DNA from: Octopus sinensis
Lineage: Eukaryota
Direction: 5' to 3'
Length of the DNA stretch: 64,000 nucleotides
Assembly (NCBI RefSeq): GCF_006345805.1
Contig: NC_043000.1
Location: 117,800,001-117,864,000 of the forward strand
The notes below the pieces were generated by a model. The model was not told where the DNA came from, did not search any database, and saw only the letters and a list, made by a program, of their open reading frames with translations. A program made the position numbers and the translations under genes. Positions 1-12,975 of this stretch are shown one piece after another; position 1 is the first letter of the stretch, and every line of letters begins with the position of its first letter.

Positions 1-1016
1 ATATTATAGCTGCAAGATGGGATTATTTATTCAGTGATGGGATTATTTATGTTGACAGTGGCATTGTAGTGTAGGTGCGAGAGGCTAGATCTAGCAGGTT
101 TAAAGATAAAACAGATGGAATATTTGTGCCAGATATGGCCGGTTTAAAAGCAGTGGCGTTAAAGGGTTTAATCGAACAAATTAACCCTACTGCTTATTTT
201 TTAAATCTCGTGCTTATTGTATCGTTCTATAATCAAACCAATACTGATTGCCAAGCACAGGGTGGGGACAAAAAAAGGCAAAAATGAAGACAAACACGCA
301 TATATAAGACGGGCTTCCGTACTGTTTCCATCGACTAAATCCACTCAGGAGGTAGTACTTGATCGGGAGCTCTAGTAGAAGATAATTGCCCAAGGTGTTG
401 CGCAATGGAACCGAACTCGAAACCATGTGGTTAGAAAGCGAACTTGTTAACCACAGCCAAGGAGCAAAGTTTCTGCAAAATGGAATCAAAAGACAAATAA
501 TCCTTTTGATATTTTGTGAATGAAATTACTTTCGGAAATCTTTGGAAATATTTGTTGCAATTAGAATTGCCACGACGAGAAGTCTGTAAAAACTAACAGT
601 GATCAATTAATCAAAGTATTATTTATTTGTTGATTTCAAATTCCTTGTAAGTAGTGAATCGGGTTTTTTGTCCTTCGGTCTAGATACAAACAACACACAC
701 AGCAATCAAAAGGGTAAATTTAAATTGCAAATCAAACGATTTTCCATACTAATTTCGTGACGTAGGTTGTCAGACTATAGAAATATACGTAGATGGATAT
801 CTCAACGTTGACATGAACTACCAATCAAGCGATATTCGTAGCTATTTTCTTGACATAGGTTATCGGAGTGTACCTAGCGAGTTAATATCTTACTATTAGC
901 GTTATACAATCTCTATTGTCGTCCAGGTAATAAATAGTTTCACCTAAGCTTTCTTGTCTGCAAATAGCTGCATTGAATTACTTACAGATACCCGTGGTAA
1001 TATTTTGTAAGTATAT

Positions 1017-1420
1017 AAGGTGACGAGCTGGCAGAAACGTTAGCATGCCGGGCGAAATGCTTAGAGGCATTTCATCTGCCGTTACGTTCTGAATTCAAAT
1101 TCCGCCGATGTCGACGTTGCCTTTCATCCTTTCGGGGTCGATAAATTAAGTACCATTTACGCACTGGCGTCGATGTAATCGACTTAATCCGTTTGTCTGT
1201 CCATGTTTGCCCTCTCTGTGTGTGGCCCCTTGTGGGCAGTAAAGAAATAAGAAACGTTAGCACGCCGGGCGAAAATTCCACTGAGGTTGACTTTGCCCTT
1301 CATTCTTTCGGGGTCGATAAATTAAGTACCAGTTGCGCACTGGAGTCGATCTAATCGATTAAAATTCTTCAAGGTGGTACCCCAGCATGACCGCAGTCTA
1401 ATGAAAAAAAAACAAGTAAC
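1017..1420 (+). mobile_element. SINE family A (tRNA-like head), partial dimer ending in a family-B-type tail
   Basis: Head GGTGACGAGCTGGCAGAAACGTTAGC and body GCCTTTCATCCTTTCGGGGTCGATAAATTAAGTACC recur many times in the window. The end CCAGCATGACCGCAGTC matches the family B tail. Confidence 0.8.
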
Positions 1421-2236
1421 GGAATACAGAAGACAGAAAACACGCAAGTTCTCCAGCGTTTCAAAATATTTTCGCTGCCTTCAATAATATAAAGCTTTAA
1501 GAGATAGAACGAAAACCAAAAGAGACAGAGATATATCATCGTATCCCTAAACATAAATAAATCGTTTTAATACATTGGTTTAATGCGATGTTATATCTTT
1601 CACATCAAAAAAATTATTTTTCTCACAATTTTGAATCTGTATCTAGCATAGTCGTTAAGTAGTTAATTCATATTTGTTATTTTAATACTTAGACACACAT
1701 GTTCTGCTGTTAAAACGAATGCATTGCTATCTCGTATTTACGGGTAAATTGAAAGGCACCCGGCTGTCTGCTGGCGTGCGTTCGGACGTTAATCGGTTTT
1801 CACTCGGCTTTCTCATGATCTAAATTGTCCGAAACACACAAAACAGCCTTTCATAGCGAGTGGCTTCTGCTTTCTTGAGAACAGAATCACTTGTTGCACA
1901 CACACACATGTACAAACACACACACACACACACACACACACGCTTGTACACACACACACACGCACACACAGAGACACAGAGTGGCTCACATATACACTCA
2001 TACACACAACACGTATATTTAACACACATGTATATGTATAAACAAAATCTCATGTATATATTAAGACCATACATACTCGCATCCATATATAAGATATAAA
2101 TTGTAAGGGACCACATACACACACACACACACATAAATAATCTGAGTGCATCAACATGTATATATATGTATATCTTCAACATAGATATGTATGTATGTTT
2201 GTATGTATGTATGTATGTATGTTTGTTATATATATA

Positions 2237-2280
<44 letters not shown>

Positions 2281-2282
<2 letters not shown>

Positions 2283-2442
2283 CGTTGGAGTAGCTGCGTG
2301 GTAAGTAGCTTGCTTACCAACCACATAGTTCCGGGTTCAGTCCCACTGCGTGGCACTTGGGCAAATGTCTTCTACTATAGCCTCGGGCCGACCAAAGCCT
2401 TGTGAGCGGATTTGGTAGACGGAAACTGAAAGAAGCCTGTCG

Positions 2443-2445
<3 letters not shown>
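2281..2445 (+). mobile_element. SINE family B, 5' half
   Basis: A/B-box-like head (TAGCTGCGTGG...GGTTCAGTCCC) followed by CORE-like CTTGGGCAAATGTCTT. Matches the full copies at 4321 and 58005. Confidence 0.8.
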
Positions 2446-2509
<64 letters not shown>

Positions 2510-2880
2510 GGTCCCGGGTTGAGTCGGGGTTAACCACAATAATAAGGTACTCAATACATAGCAGAAAAATAAAATATATATATATATATATATGGTTGGT
2601 AAGCAAACTACTTCTACGCCTATATTTATATCTATTTCTCTCTCTCTATATATATATATAGAAGAGAGAGAGCGGGAGAGGGGGTAGAGAGGGGGGAGGG
2701 AAAATTCACAAAAAAATAACGAAAGATGAAGACAGGTGGTGTAGACAACAAACAGATGTATTAGTATAAGGCTCGGGAAGTGAAAAAGTCTTTAACGTTC
2801 CGAACCTACGCTCTTCCACAAAAAGGAACACAGAAAGAAACAAGGAGAGAAAATAAAGAATGTGTAGTGGCTAGCGATCT

Positions 2881-2920
<40 letters not shown>

Positions 2921-2921
<1 letters not shown>

Positions 2922-4275
2922 TAGACTACCCGTGACCCGTTGGATCACCAATAGTTCAAGGTACCCGAAAAATACCATGTATCTCGCTAATTGGTGGTCC
3001 GATTTACGCGTAACTTGTTTTATTCCATTTGTATTCATATGAGCATCCGATTCATGGCGTATCTCTTTCCCTCTGCTTCGCCAGACGCTCAGCTCTCCGA
3101 TTGTCCGATTCCTAATCTCTCCTGCTTTTGTCTCTCTCCCTCTGTTCCGCCAGACGCTCAGCCCTTGCTTTATCAGTCTCTTCGGCCCTTCTATTCGCAT
3201 TCCTGTCCCGATCTTGGGTAAATATTTCGTAAAAGACCCGTTCGTACAGGGTTTTCGAGAGCGTTTCGAGTTTTTTTTTCCACAGTTTTTTTTTCCAGTG
3301 CATTCAAAGTTTCTCACCACCAAACCCACCGCAAGCCACTTTCTTCCGGAAAAGAAAGCAGGGAAGAGTTGTGGAGACCTCGGAGTTTCCCACCAACGGA
3401 CTTTTGCTTCGTGAGTTTTTTGCTCCTTTTTAGGTTATTTCGCATGCTTTCAACGAATGTGACATCGAAATCACACGTAAACGGCTCCTTTGCCCAGAAA
3501 AGGAAAGATTTGGCCGCTATTTCTTGCATGCTTTGCTACCAGGTAACAGCTATTTCGGGTCCTTGATCGCAAATAGCTGTTACGTGGTAGCAGGGCGTGC
3601 TAGAAATAGCAGCCAAATCTTTGGAGATGAGATACGTTGAATGCACTTGAAATAAACCTATGGAAAAAATCATTTCACACCGAGGTTACGAACAGGTCTT
3701 TTACGAAATGTTTACTGTATTTTAAAAGTCTTTTTCAATTTTAAATATTTTAAAAATATGCACCCAAAAAGTTTTGCAATGGTATTCACTTGAAAATAAT
3801 TTTTAAAAAAGATAAAAATATCGTCTGTTTAAAGAAAGCTAAAATATAAATACTTACTATACAAATGATTTAAATTTTTGAAATCACATTCACTTAAAAA
3901 AATGTCTAAATGATTAAAATATTGTGTTGAACAAAAGCGAAAATAGAAACATTTACTGTAAACAGCAACTCGTATCTTTCATTGGCAAGATAAAGTCACT
4001 AATTTGTCTAATCGAAAGATCAGAGTTTCTTCCCTTTCAGGGTTAGGTTATTTTCGGAGTATTTCCCCATTATGCACCGTTTTAGGTATTTATACCCCCG
4101 CCTCCAATATCTCAAAAACCACTGGCCCGATTTACGCGAAACTTGTTTTATTTCGTTTGTATTCCCATTTCAGAAGGTCCTTAATTCATAGTACTTTCCC
4201 ATTATGCGCCAGTTTGGCTGTGTAACATTGCAAGCAGGCAAGCAAGATTGAAGTTCAATTTTAATGTAATATAGA
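2921..4275 (-). mobile_element. Non-autonomous Helitron (~1.35 kb)
   Basis: The minus strand starts A|TCTATATTACATTAAAA (4275) and ends with hairpin GTGATCC-AAC-GGGTCAC then CTAG|T (2921). These are canonical Helitron termini at an A|T target. No Rep/helicase ORF is present. Confidence 0.7.
3218..3715. repeat. Fold-back inverted repeat inside the Helitron (outer arms ~100 bp, inner ~50-bp-arm hairpin at 3504-3622)
   Basis: 3218-3320 is the reverse complement of 3625-3715 (e.g. ATTTCGTAAAAGACC/GGTCTTTTACGAAAT). AAAGATTTGGCCGCTATTTC pairs with GAAATAGCAGCCAAATCTTT. Confidence 0.75.
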
Positions 4276-4320
4276 TATATGACTGTAAAAAGTTTGCTTC
4301 TCAATGACATGGTTACGGAT

Positions 4321-4730
4321 TCAGGAGTGGCTGTATGGTAAGTAGCCTGATACCAACCGCATGGTTCCGGGTTCAGTCCCACTGTGTGGAACCTTGGGCA
4401 AATGTCTTCTACTATAACCTAAGACTAACCAAAGTTTTGTGAGTGGATTTGGCAGACGGAACTGAAAGAAGACCGTCGTATATATATATTTATATATTCA
4501 TATATATATATTTGTTTATGTGTGTGTCTGTGTTTGTCATCCCAACATCGTTTGACAACCGCTACTGGTGTGTTTACGTCCCCGTAACTTTGCGGTTCGG
4601 CAAAACAGACCGATAGAATAAGTACTAGGCTTACAAAGAATAAGTCCTGGCGTCGGTTTCTTTGACTAAAGGCGGTGCTCCAGCATGGCCGCAGTCAAAT
4701 GACTGAAACTAAAATAAAAGAGTAAAAGAA
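4321..4730 (+). mobile_element. SINE family B, full length
   Basis: tRNA-like head, CORE-like segment, internal (TA)/(TG) microsatellite, and tail GGCGGTGCTCCAGCATGGCCGCAGTCAAATGACTGAAAC. Confidence 0.85.
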
Positions 4731-4734
4731 TACT

Positions 4735-5450
4735 TCCAATGGATGACACTACTTCTCCCCTGTAACTGTTTCGTTTTGGTTTAACACATCATGATAGACA
4801 GCGCCCTTCATTTCCCACCAGAAACAGACAATAAAATTTTCGTACGTAGTTCAGGGTTGGCGTTGGACTCTCCTTTTTCATTGAGTGTCCTTATTATATG
4901 CAATGATTCTACCCGAGAAAGGTTCGGTATCAAGTCTACTCCTGGTGATGAGCAGAAGGTAAGTTAAGCTAAGAAGCACTCAGATAATGGGGAAAGGCAG
5001 ACGAGGCCTTTCAGCTCTTTAGCTGTTCATCGAAGAGGAGATAACTCCATACCAATTCTGTATCCTGATAATGATTTGGCTCGTGACACTTGTTGCATCA
5101 GACCAATTTAAGAATGAGTAGGACCGGTTCAGCGTAAGCCAAAGCCACTATAATGATATTTACCGTGCAAGTTGTCCAACAAACCAAGACACCATTATCA
5201 ACACCATCACATTTTTTTCGTAAGTCTAGTGGCAATCGTGAGGAAGGTGGAAGATGCTACTCGAAGTCTTCAGCTTTGACCCTGCACTCAAGCGGCCGCA
5301 GAGCAATGGTCATTTCTACAGTCCTACACTGTAGCTTTGTCTTTATTGAACTTTCATTCGTCGAAACCACGAGAGGGTCCAGGATTGCAAAGCAGTTGCT
5401 CTTTCTGTAGATACGCTTTGCCTAATATCGATTGTTATATTGATGTTACT
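4735..5450 (-). pseudogene. Degraded mariner transposase
   Basis: Manual minus-strand translation gives PELRTKILLSV / FWWEMKGAVYHDVLNQNETVTGEK*CHPL, resembling mariner KVMLSVWWDxKGVVYYELLxxxETIT. It contains frameshifts and a stop. The upstream boundary is uncertain. Confidence 0.7.
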
Positions 5451-6477
5451 TCTGAAAAATAAAAGAAAATAAGACAAATCGTTATCAAAGGAGTTTTATG
5501 TAGAGATAGTCCGAAAATCGCAAATAACATTCCCTTGCCTCTTTAGATTAACAAATGAAATTTTCATTGGTCGGGTTTGTTAGATAGAAATAACTTGAAA
5601 GCTGTATAACGGTAATAAAACTACGACGAATCCAATTTATTTAACCTGCTTTTGATGCCCATTTTCGTTGTGAGAATAACATTCACTAAAGGCACTGGTC
5701 GTTTACTTAACACTCTTCTATTCTTTTTGTTTGTCTCTTTACAATTTTAATTCATTCAAGTAGATAAGAATGGTTAAATTTCTTCGTCTGAAACACTTTA
5801 GATAGCTTTTTAGTATACTCTGTTATCTTTAAAAGAATATCCCTCCCATACTAAACCATTTTTTTTCTTTACTGTTTTCTGAGTAAAACTCCATGGCCGT
5901 ACTTAGTTTACGCAGGCCAAGCGATTTGATCCAACACATCAAACAGCCAATGATAATGTTATTAGACTGTATTTGAAAGATTGTTTAAGTAAAACCAGTG
6001 ATAATTATAATAATGGTATTGATGGCGTCGGCAACATCAACAGATGAAAGTTTTTGTGAGTTGAAAGCCGTTTTCTCTCCATCCTCTTGAATTACAGATA
6101 CAAAGATTTGTGTGAAAGTGAATGGGATGGCAAACGGTCTCAAAGGTAAACAAAGGCCGCCTCTTGTTACGTTTATTATAATCAATGTTCTGGCATTGGG
6201 GAAGGGCAGCTTGTTGCCATATTGCCGAGCTTAATTTCCTTAGCACATACGAGTGCCAAACTCAAGAGGGAGATTTTGTAAACAGAGCTATTCTGCTGCA
6301 AACATTAAGACTTTTTGAAGGTGACCCGCGTGTTAAAGGTCCAGATCACATGACATGTCCTTGTGTTGGAGGTGTGTGTGCTGAGAGAATGCCGCCATCT
6401 TGCAAACAAAGAAAAAATGTAGGAAGTAGGATCAGTGTCATTTTGGAGCGAATAAGGAGAGGGATAGAATAAACTAT

Positions 6478-7115
<638 letters not shown>

Positions 7116-7821
7116 CTTGAAAAGGAGGAAAGAGAAAAGAGAAGCTAGAGTCTGATTGATATGAAGCCATTTCGTATCTAATGGAAGGGAATATTTTCTA
7201 AAGCGTTCTTGGCCTCATTCTGAACGATCCTAAGCGATGTAAATTTTATTCACTCCTTCTAATAAATATGTCAGCAACTAGTCTCATCTTGTTAGTATGT
7301 GTGTATAGATAGCTTCACATAGTCTTCCTTTTATATAAACTGTTTCTGAAAAAACCGTACCGCTCGCATAAACATTTCTGCAAACATACACGCGTACTTA
7401 TATACCCTTATACTCACGTATATATACGCTTAGTCACCATGCACGCAAAACTCATAAAAACATACACACACACAAGTGCAGCTGTGTATATATATTATAT
7501 TCGAATGTATATCCTAATGTATATTACTGTATATAAGGTCTTATATACATAATCATTATAATTATATTATACATTTATATGAGAAGTGAGAGAAAAAAAA
7601 AAGATAGGAGGAAATTGAAAGGAAGAGAATGAAAAAAAAGAGGAAATAAAGGTTGACTTTAGAGAAACAGAAAGTATGTGTGTGTATATATAAGAAACTG
7701 GCAAAACAGAAATATATTTTAAGTACCGCTTTCTATTTACTACAGTGGCATTACATAGCCTGGTTAATAGACTAAAGCTGGTTACAGTTCGTTTTTTTAT
7801 TAATATTATTCTTGTAAGGTA

Positions 7822-8345
7822 GGGCGGCGAGTTGGCAGAAACGTTAGCACGCCGGGCGAAATGCGTAGCTGTATTTCATCTGCCGTTACGCTCTGAGTTC
7901 AAATTCCACCGAGGTCGACTTTGCCTTTCATCCTTTCAGGGTCGATTAAATAAGTACCAGTAAAGCACTGGGGTCGGTGTAATCGACTTAGTCCGTTTGT
8001 CCGTCCTTGTTTGTCTCCTCTGTGTTTAGCCCCTTGTGGGTAGTAAAGAAATAGGTATTTCATCTGCCGTTACCTTCTGAGTTCAAATTCCGCCGAGGTC
8101 GACTTTGCTTTTCATCCTTTCGGGGTTGATAAATTAAGTACCAGTTACGCACTGGAGTTTATCTAATCGACTTAATCCCATTATCTGTCCTTGTTTGTTC
8201 CCTCTTTGTTTAGCCCCTTGTGGGCAATAAAGAAATAAGAAACGTTAGCACGCTGGGCTTCAATTAAGTACCAGTTGAGCACTGGGTCGATGTAATTGAT
8301 TTGCCCCACGCGCGAAATTTCTGGCCTTGTGCCAAAATTTGAAAG
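7822..8345 (+). mobile_element. SINE family A, tandem multimer
   Basis: One head, then the body repeated by restarting at GGTATTTCATCTGCCG after the tail AAAGAAATA. Confidence 0.85.
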
Positions 8346-8523
8346 CAATATTATTGTTGTAAGGTTGGGCGACGAGGTGGTAGATTGCATATATACCATT
8401 ATGCCTATAAAACGGATTTACAAATTCAATACCCATACATATCTTACATCTATTTTCTTTCCTCCACCTCACTCTCTATTTTGTATCACATCGAAACTAT
8501 GACTTAATTTATCCTCTCACACC

Positions 8524-8575
8524 GTCTCCGATGAAGGGATATTATTAATTAATATCCTGGAAACAGCTGTAAGAC
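8524..8575 (+). ncRNA. Minimal type-I hammerhead ribozyme-like motif (U4>C variant) in a Penelope-like fragment
   Basis: GTCT-CCGATGA-AG-GGATATT(loop)AATATCC-TG-GAAA-CAGCTG-TA-AGAC. Stem I is GTCT/AGAC, stem II is GGATATT/AATATCC, and stem III is palindromic. Confidence 0.65.
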
Positions 8576-8796
8576 CTTCTATCTATAACTGCTCTAATAT
8601 CTATACAGCCTTGGTTTTTTATCTTATTACGCAAAAAATTCTTATATACACACGCTGATATAGAACCAACGTTGAACCCTTTATTCGCAATATTACCGAA
8701 TCTGGAACTTAACTATGGTCTGTCTATAGCACTTATTCCGCATTATCTGACACCTTTGGGTCTCAATGACACCATTATCTCTTATATATATATATA

Positions 8797-8965
8797 TATC
8801 CTTCTCTGGATCTTTTTTTTTCCTATGTTTCTGACTAAGAGCTCCGCTTGAAACGTTAAACCCTCCTTCTTCCCTTCCTTCCTGAGCGTCCAATAATACT
8901 ATATTTGTTCCACGTCCTCGCGTTGTTGTGTTTTCTCTTCGTGTTTTCATGTTTAGATTAACTTT
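8797..8965 (+). mobile_element. Short Penelope-like repeat copy 1 with degenerate hammerhead (8827-8861)
   Basis: GTTT-CTGACTA-A-GAGC-TCC-GCTT-GAAA-CGTT-AAAC. Flanked by (TA)n and paralogous to 9715-9890. Confidence 0.55.
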
Positions 8966-9012
8966 ATATATATATATATATATAATATATATAATATATA
9001 TATATATATATA

Positions 9013-9085
9013 CTTTATTTTAAGCAGCAGAAAATTCAACAAAATCTGTTGAATTTTGTTGAATTTTCTGCTGCTTAAAATAAAG
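9013..9085. repeat. Near-perfect hairpin with ~33-bp arms within (TA)n-flanked element
   Basis: CTTTATTTTAAGCAGCAGAAAATTCAACAAAAT ... ATTTTGTTGAATTTTCTGCTGCTTAAAATAAAG. Confidence 0.85.
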
Positions 9086-9155
9086 CATATACTCTACCAC
9101 TGGTATTTGAGTACTCTTTTTTCCACCTTGTTTCACATTTATGTGTTTACTCCGG

Positions 9156-9187
<32 letters not shown>

Positions 9188-9194
9188 ATATATA

Positions 9195-9432
9195 CAGGTT
9201 GGCCCAAAAGTGGGTTTACAGTTATCACGTAGGTACGTTAAATTTCTTTTAAACATTTTATTACATTTAAATTTCTATCTTACAAATTAAAAAGGGAGCT
9301 TGACAAAATTAACTAAATTAGCATAGAATACTGGTTTCATATTTTTTTATAATTAAAATCTAAACTGTTATTATTATGAATGCGAAAGAGATAGTTGAAT
9401 AACTCTAAACCTACTTCTGCCCCCCCCCTTGT
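9195..9432. mobile_element. Tc1/mariner-type MITE
   Basis: TA|CAGGTTGGCCCAAAAGTGGGTTTACAGTT ... AACTCTAAACCTACTTCTGCCC..TG|TA. These are imperfect TIRs in a TA context. Confidence 0.6.
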
Positions 9433-9714
9433 GTATATATATATATACATATCTTTTATCTTTTACTTGTTACAGTCATTAGATTGCGACCATGCTGGGG
9501 CACCTCCTTGAAGAATTTTTAGTCGAATGTATCGATCCCAGTACTTACTTTTTATAAGCCTGGTACTTAATCTATAAGTCACTTTTGTCGAACTGCTTAG
9601 TTCCAAGGACATAAACACACCAGTACCGGTTGTCAAGTGGTGGTGGTGGGGGCGACAAACACAGACACAAAGACACACACTTGAGCACCACCAGCAAAAA
9701 TATTTTTTCCTCTG

Positions 9715-9890
9715 TCTTCCCTTCTTGGGATCTTTCCTTCTCCTTGTTTCCGACGAAGAGCTCCGCTCGAAACGTTAAACTCTCCTTCCCTTCTTTCCTG
9801 AGCGTCAATAATACTTTAATTGTTCCACGTCCTCGCGTTGCTGTGTTTTTTTTTCTCTTTTTTTCTGTGTTTTCTTGTTTGGATTAACTA
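9715..9890 (+). mobile_element. Short Penelope-like repeat copy 2 with hammerhead motif (9746-9780), lying between two halves of a minus-strand SINE B
   Basis: GTTT-CCGACGA-A-GAGC-TCC-GCTC-GAAA-CGTT-AAAC. SINE B halves flank it at ~9455-9680 and ~9940-10095. Confidence 0.6.
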
Positions 9891-10602
9891 TATATATATA
9901 TTATATATATATATAATATATATATATGTATACATAAATGCGATGGGCTTCTATCAGTTTCCGTCAACCAAATCTCGTCACAAGGCTTTGGTCGGCCCGA
10001 GGCTATAGTAGAAGACACTTGCCCAAGGTGCCACGCAGTGGGATTGAACCCGGAACCATGTGGCTGGGAAGCGAGCTTCTTACCACACCGCCACGTCGGT
10101 TGTCAATCGATGATGGGGTGACAAACACACACAGACACGCACGTACACACACACACATACGCACGCATATATGAGATGGGCTTCCTCACAGTTTCGTCCA
10201 ACTAATTTACTCATAATATTCCCTCTAATTTTTGTGCTGTGGGTGTACGCAGAAATTTTCTCTGCTTGCAAGTTTTGGTTCCCTTAACAAAATATGTGCG
10301 CATCTATGCGAATAACTCGCTCAAATTTCTTCATTCAAAAGAACCCAGATTCATCTCGGGACCATTGTGCGCGCACACTTTTTCCGTTCGTAGTTGTAAA
10401 ACATATGCGTCTGTAGAAACGCACAACTTAGAGGAAACAGTGACAGCCTCTTTGTTATTTATCTTGGCTGACACTTCCTCTAATCGGCACAGGAAATCGT
10501 CTTACATGTATCCTATTGTTCCTAAGAAAAGATCGTGGATATGGTGTTGAGAAATGATGAGTAGCGAAATAAAGGGCTCACAAGGTATTATTTCAGCGAG
10601 CA

Positions 10603-10810
10603 AGGCGGCGAGCTGGCAGAAACGTTAGCACGCCGGGCGAAATGCGTTCTGAGTTCAAATTCCGCTGAGGTCGACTTTACCTTTCATCCTTTCGGGGTCG
10701 ATAAATTAAGTACCAGTGACGCACTGGGGTCGATATAATCGACTTAATCCGTTTGTCTGTACTTGTTTGTCCCCTCTGTGTTTAGCCCCTTGTGGGTAAC
10801 AAAGAAATAG
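10603..10810 (+). mobile_element. SINE family A monomer with target-site duplication
   Basis: GGTATTATTTCAGC occurs on both sides (~10584 and ~10810). Confidence 0.85.
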
Positions 10811-11419
10811 GTATTATTTCAGCCAGCCCTCTATAAACTGAGTTCAAGTTCGAGCAATGTATAAATAACCTTCCATCCATCAGAAATATACTGGAATCTG
10901 TTTCTTCACATATATACGATCCTCCAGACAGAAAATAAGCTTTTGGCTAACAAAGGAAGAATAGCTGAATCTATCAATAACGTAGCAGACTATAAGTTCA
11001 GTTTGTGGTTTCAAACCCACTGTCTCTGAACAGAATATTTCATGTGCTTCATTCAACTTGTATGGCTAGTAAACCCACTGTGAAAGTAACTGGCAAGTGA
11101 TTAGTAACCTATCCCGGGGAATTTTATCGCATTTGCTTAACGTGAAAGAACAGGAAAATTAAAACGAGTTCCACACTCACCAGTTTATCAGCTGACCCAA
11201 CAGAGAGAGAGAGAGGAGTGGTTTACCTCCATGCCTTCGCCTTACCTATACTTGATCAGGACTGGTCTGAGCTAAACCATTAAAATAACAGTAATAACCG
11301 TTATAGTCTAGATGTCGCACTGTTTCAAATCATATCTCTCGGTAATAACTGGTGACAAAAACTGAGCCATGGGACAGATGGGTCACAGAACAGCTGAGCG
11401 ACGATAACTGGATCATATC

Positions 11420-11761
11420 ACAACTTTGCACGTTTCTAGTGCTTTTCCTTTCTTGATTCGTGGGGCTTGTCGATGTCTGCGTTTTTTTTTTTTTTTGTGA
11501 ACAGTATGAACAGATTCAAACTTATCTCTTTGATATTAATGCTGTTAAATCGCGATGGCAGATCTGCTTGAAACTCCTTCTTAAACTTGGCACTTCATCT
11601 GCGTTTCCAAACTTCCAGTGAGACTTTGGGACAAATTTCCCTTGCTCAGAGCTTATTGTGACTCCCTTCGTTATTTCATATGGGTTAAATCTGAAAAGCA
11701 ATGAAAAAATTAAGTCATCAGCTGTTGAAAAATGTGTATACAATTTTGGGGATAACCTGTA
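11420..11761 (-). pseudogene. 5' fragment of a Tc1/mariner element with DUF4817-like HTH N-terminus
   Basis: TIR-like TACAGGTTATCCCCAAAATTGTATACAC on the minus strand. Fragments translate to ISSEQGKFVPKSHWKFGNADEV / FKKEFQADLPSR / RDKFES and RTSTSP, with frameshifts. Confidence 0.6.
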
Positions 11762-11787
11762 TATGTGCGTATGTGTGTTTGTTTGTG

Positions 11788-12110
11788 AAGGCGCGTAGCT
11801 TAGGGGTTAGGGTATTCAGCCCACGATCGTAAGGCCGTGAGTTCGATACCCGGTGTCACGTTATGCCCTTAAGCAAGATGCTTTATTCCGCGTTGCTCCA
11901 GCCAACTCGGCTGGCAAAAATGAGTTGTACCTGTATTTCAGAGGGTCAGCCTCGTCACATTGCGAGTCACGCTGAATCTCCCTGAGAACTACATTAGAAG
12001 TATACGTGTCTGTGGAGTATTCAGCCACTTGCATGTTGATTTCACGAGCAAACTGTTCCGTTGATCTTATCAACTGGCACACTCGTCGTCGAAACCGACG
12101 GAGTGACAAT
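11788..12110 (+). mobile_element. SINE family D
   Basis: tRNA-like head GGCGCGTAGCTTAGGGGTTAGG...GTGAGTTCGATACC. The tail ...CGACGGAGTG is shared with family C. Paralog at 29713. Confidence 0.75.
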
Positions 12111-12146
12111 GTGCGTAAGTATATGTATGTGTGTATAAGTATATAC

Positions 12147-12230
<84 letters not shown>

Positions 12231-12424
12231 GTGTGTATACAAATATTTTATAATTATAAACATAATTATAATTAGGGTTCAGCTAATTGCTTCACCACAT
12301 AGCGAATTTAGAAATGGGAGTTAAACATTCCTTTTCTACTTACTACTGTAAGAATCTCCATGACAGTAACATACTTTTTTACGTAGGCAAAGAGAAAAAC
12401 AATGTATCAGCACGACCAGGATTA

Positions 12425-12487
12425 ACTACATACGCGTTTCGAGATTAAAGTGTTTAAAGATTTACTTACTTCTCTCTTCAGTGTAGT
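12425..12487 (-). ncRNA. Canonical-core type-I hammerhead ribozyme motif
   Basis: Minus strand reads ACTACA-CTGAAGA-GAGA-(26 nt)-TCTC-GAAA-CGCG-TA-TGTAGT. It has a 6-bp stem I, an intact CUGANGA/GAAA core, a GUA cleavage triplet and a palindromic stem III. Confidence 0.8.
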
Positions 12488-12624
12488 ATTTCCAGTTATA
12501 AAATTTGAAAGTGCTAGGGTTAAATATGCACATGATCGAGCGACATCATGTAAAAGATATCCAACCAACACTTCCAAAATTTACATATGGAAGTATATGT
12601 GTGTATATGTATATATATATGTGG

Positions 12625-12975
12625 AAGTACAATGGCCCAGTGGTTAGGGCAGCGGACTCACGGACGTTGGATCGCGGTTTCTATTCCCAGACCAGGCGTT
12701 GAGTGTTTATGGAGCGAAAACACCTAAAGCTCCAGGAGGCTCCGGCAGGGGTTGGTGGTGAACCCTGCTGTACTCTTTCACCACAACTTTCTCTCACTCT
12801 TTCTTCCTCTTTCTCTTGTACCTGTATTTCAAAGGGGCCAGCCTCGTCACACTCTGTGTCACGCCGAATCACCCTGAGAACTACGTTAACTACTTGCGCG
12901 TTAATTTCACGAGCAGGCTGTTCCGTTGGTGGTATCAACTGGAACCTTTGTCGTTGCAACCGACGGAGTGCCACG
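12625..12975 (+). mobile_element. SINE family C (tail type 1)
   Basis: Head AATGGCCCAGTGGTTAGGGCAGCGGACTC and tail ...CCGACGGAGTGCCAC. Paralogs at 53063 and 57254. Confidence 0.8.

Noticed and set aside
5985-6472. Short ORFs in unique sequence (possible host exon)
   Set aside because: No recognisable protein similarity or convincing splice-site pair. A small exon cannot be excluded without RNA-seq.
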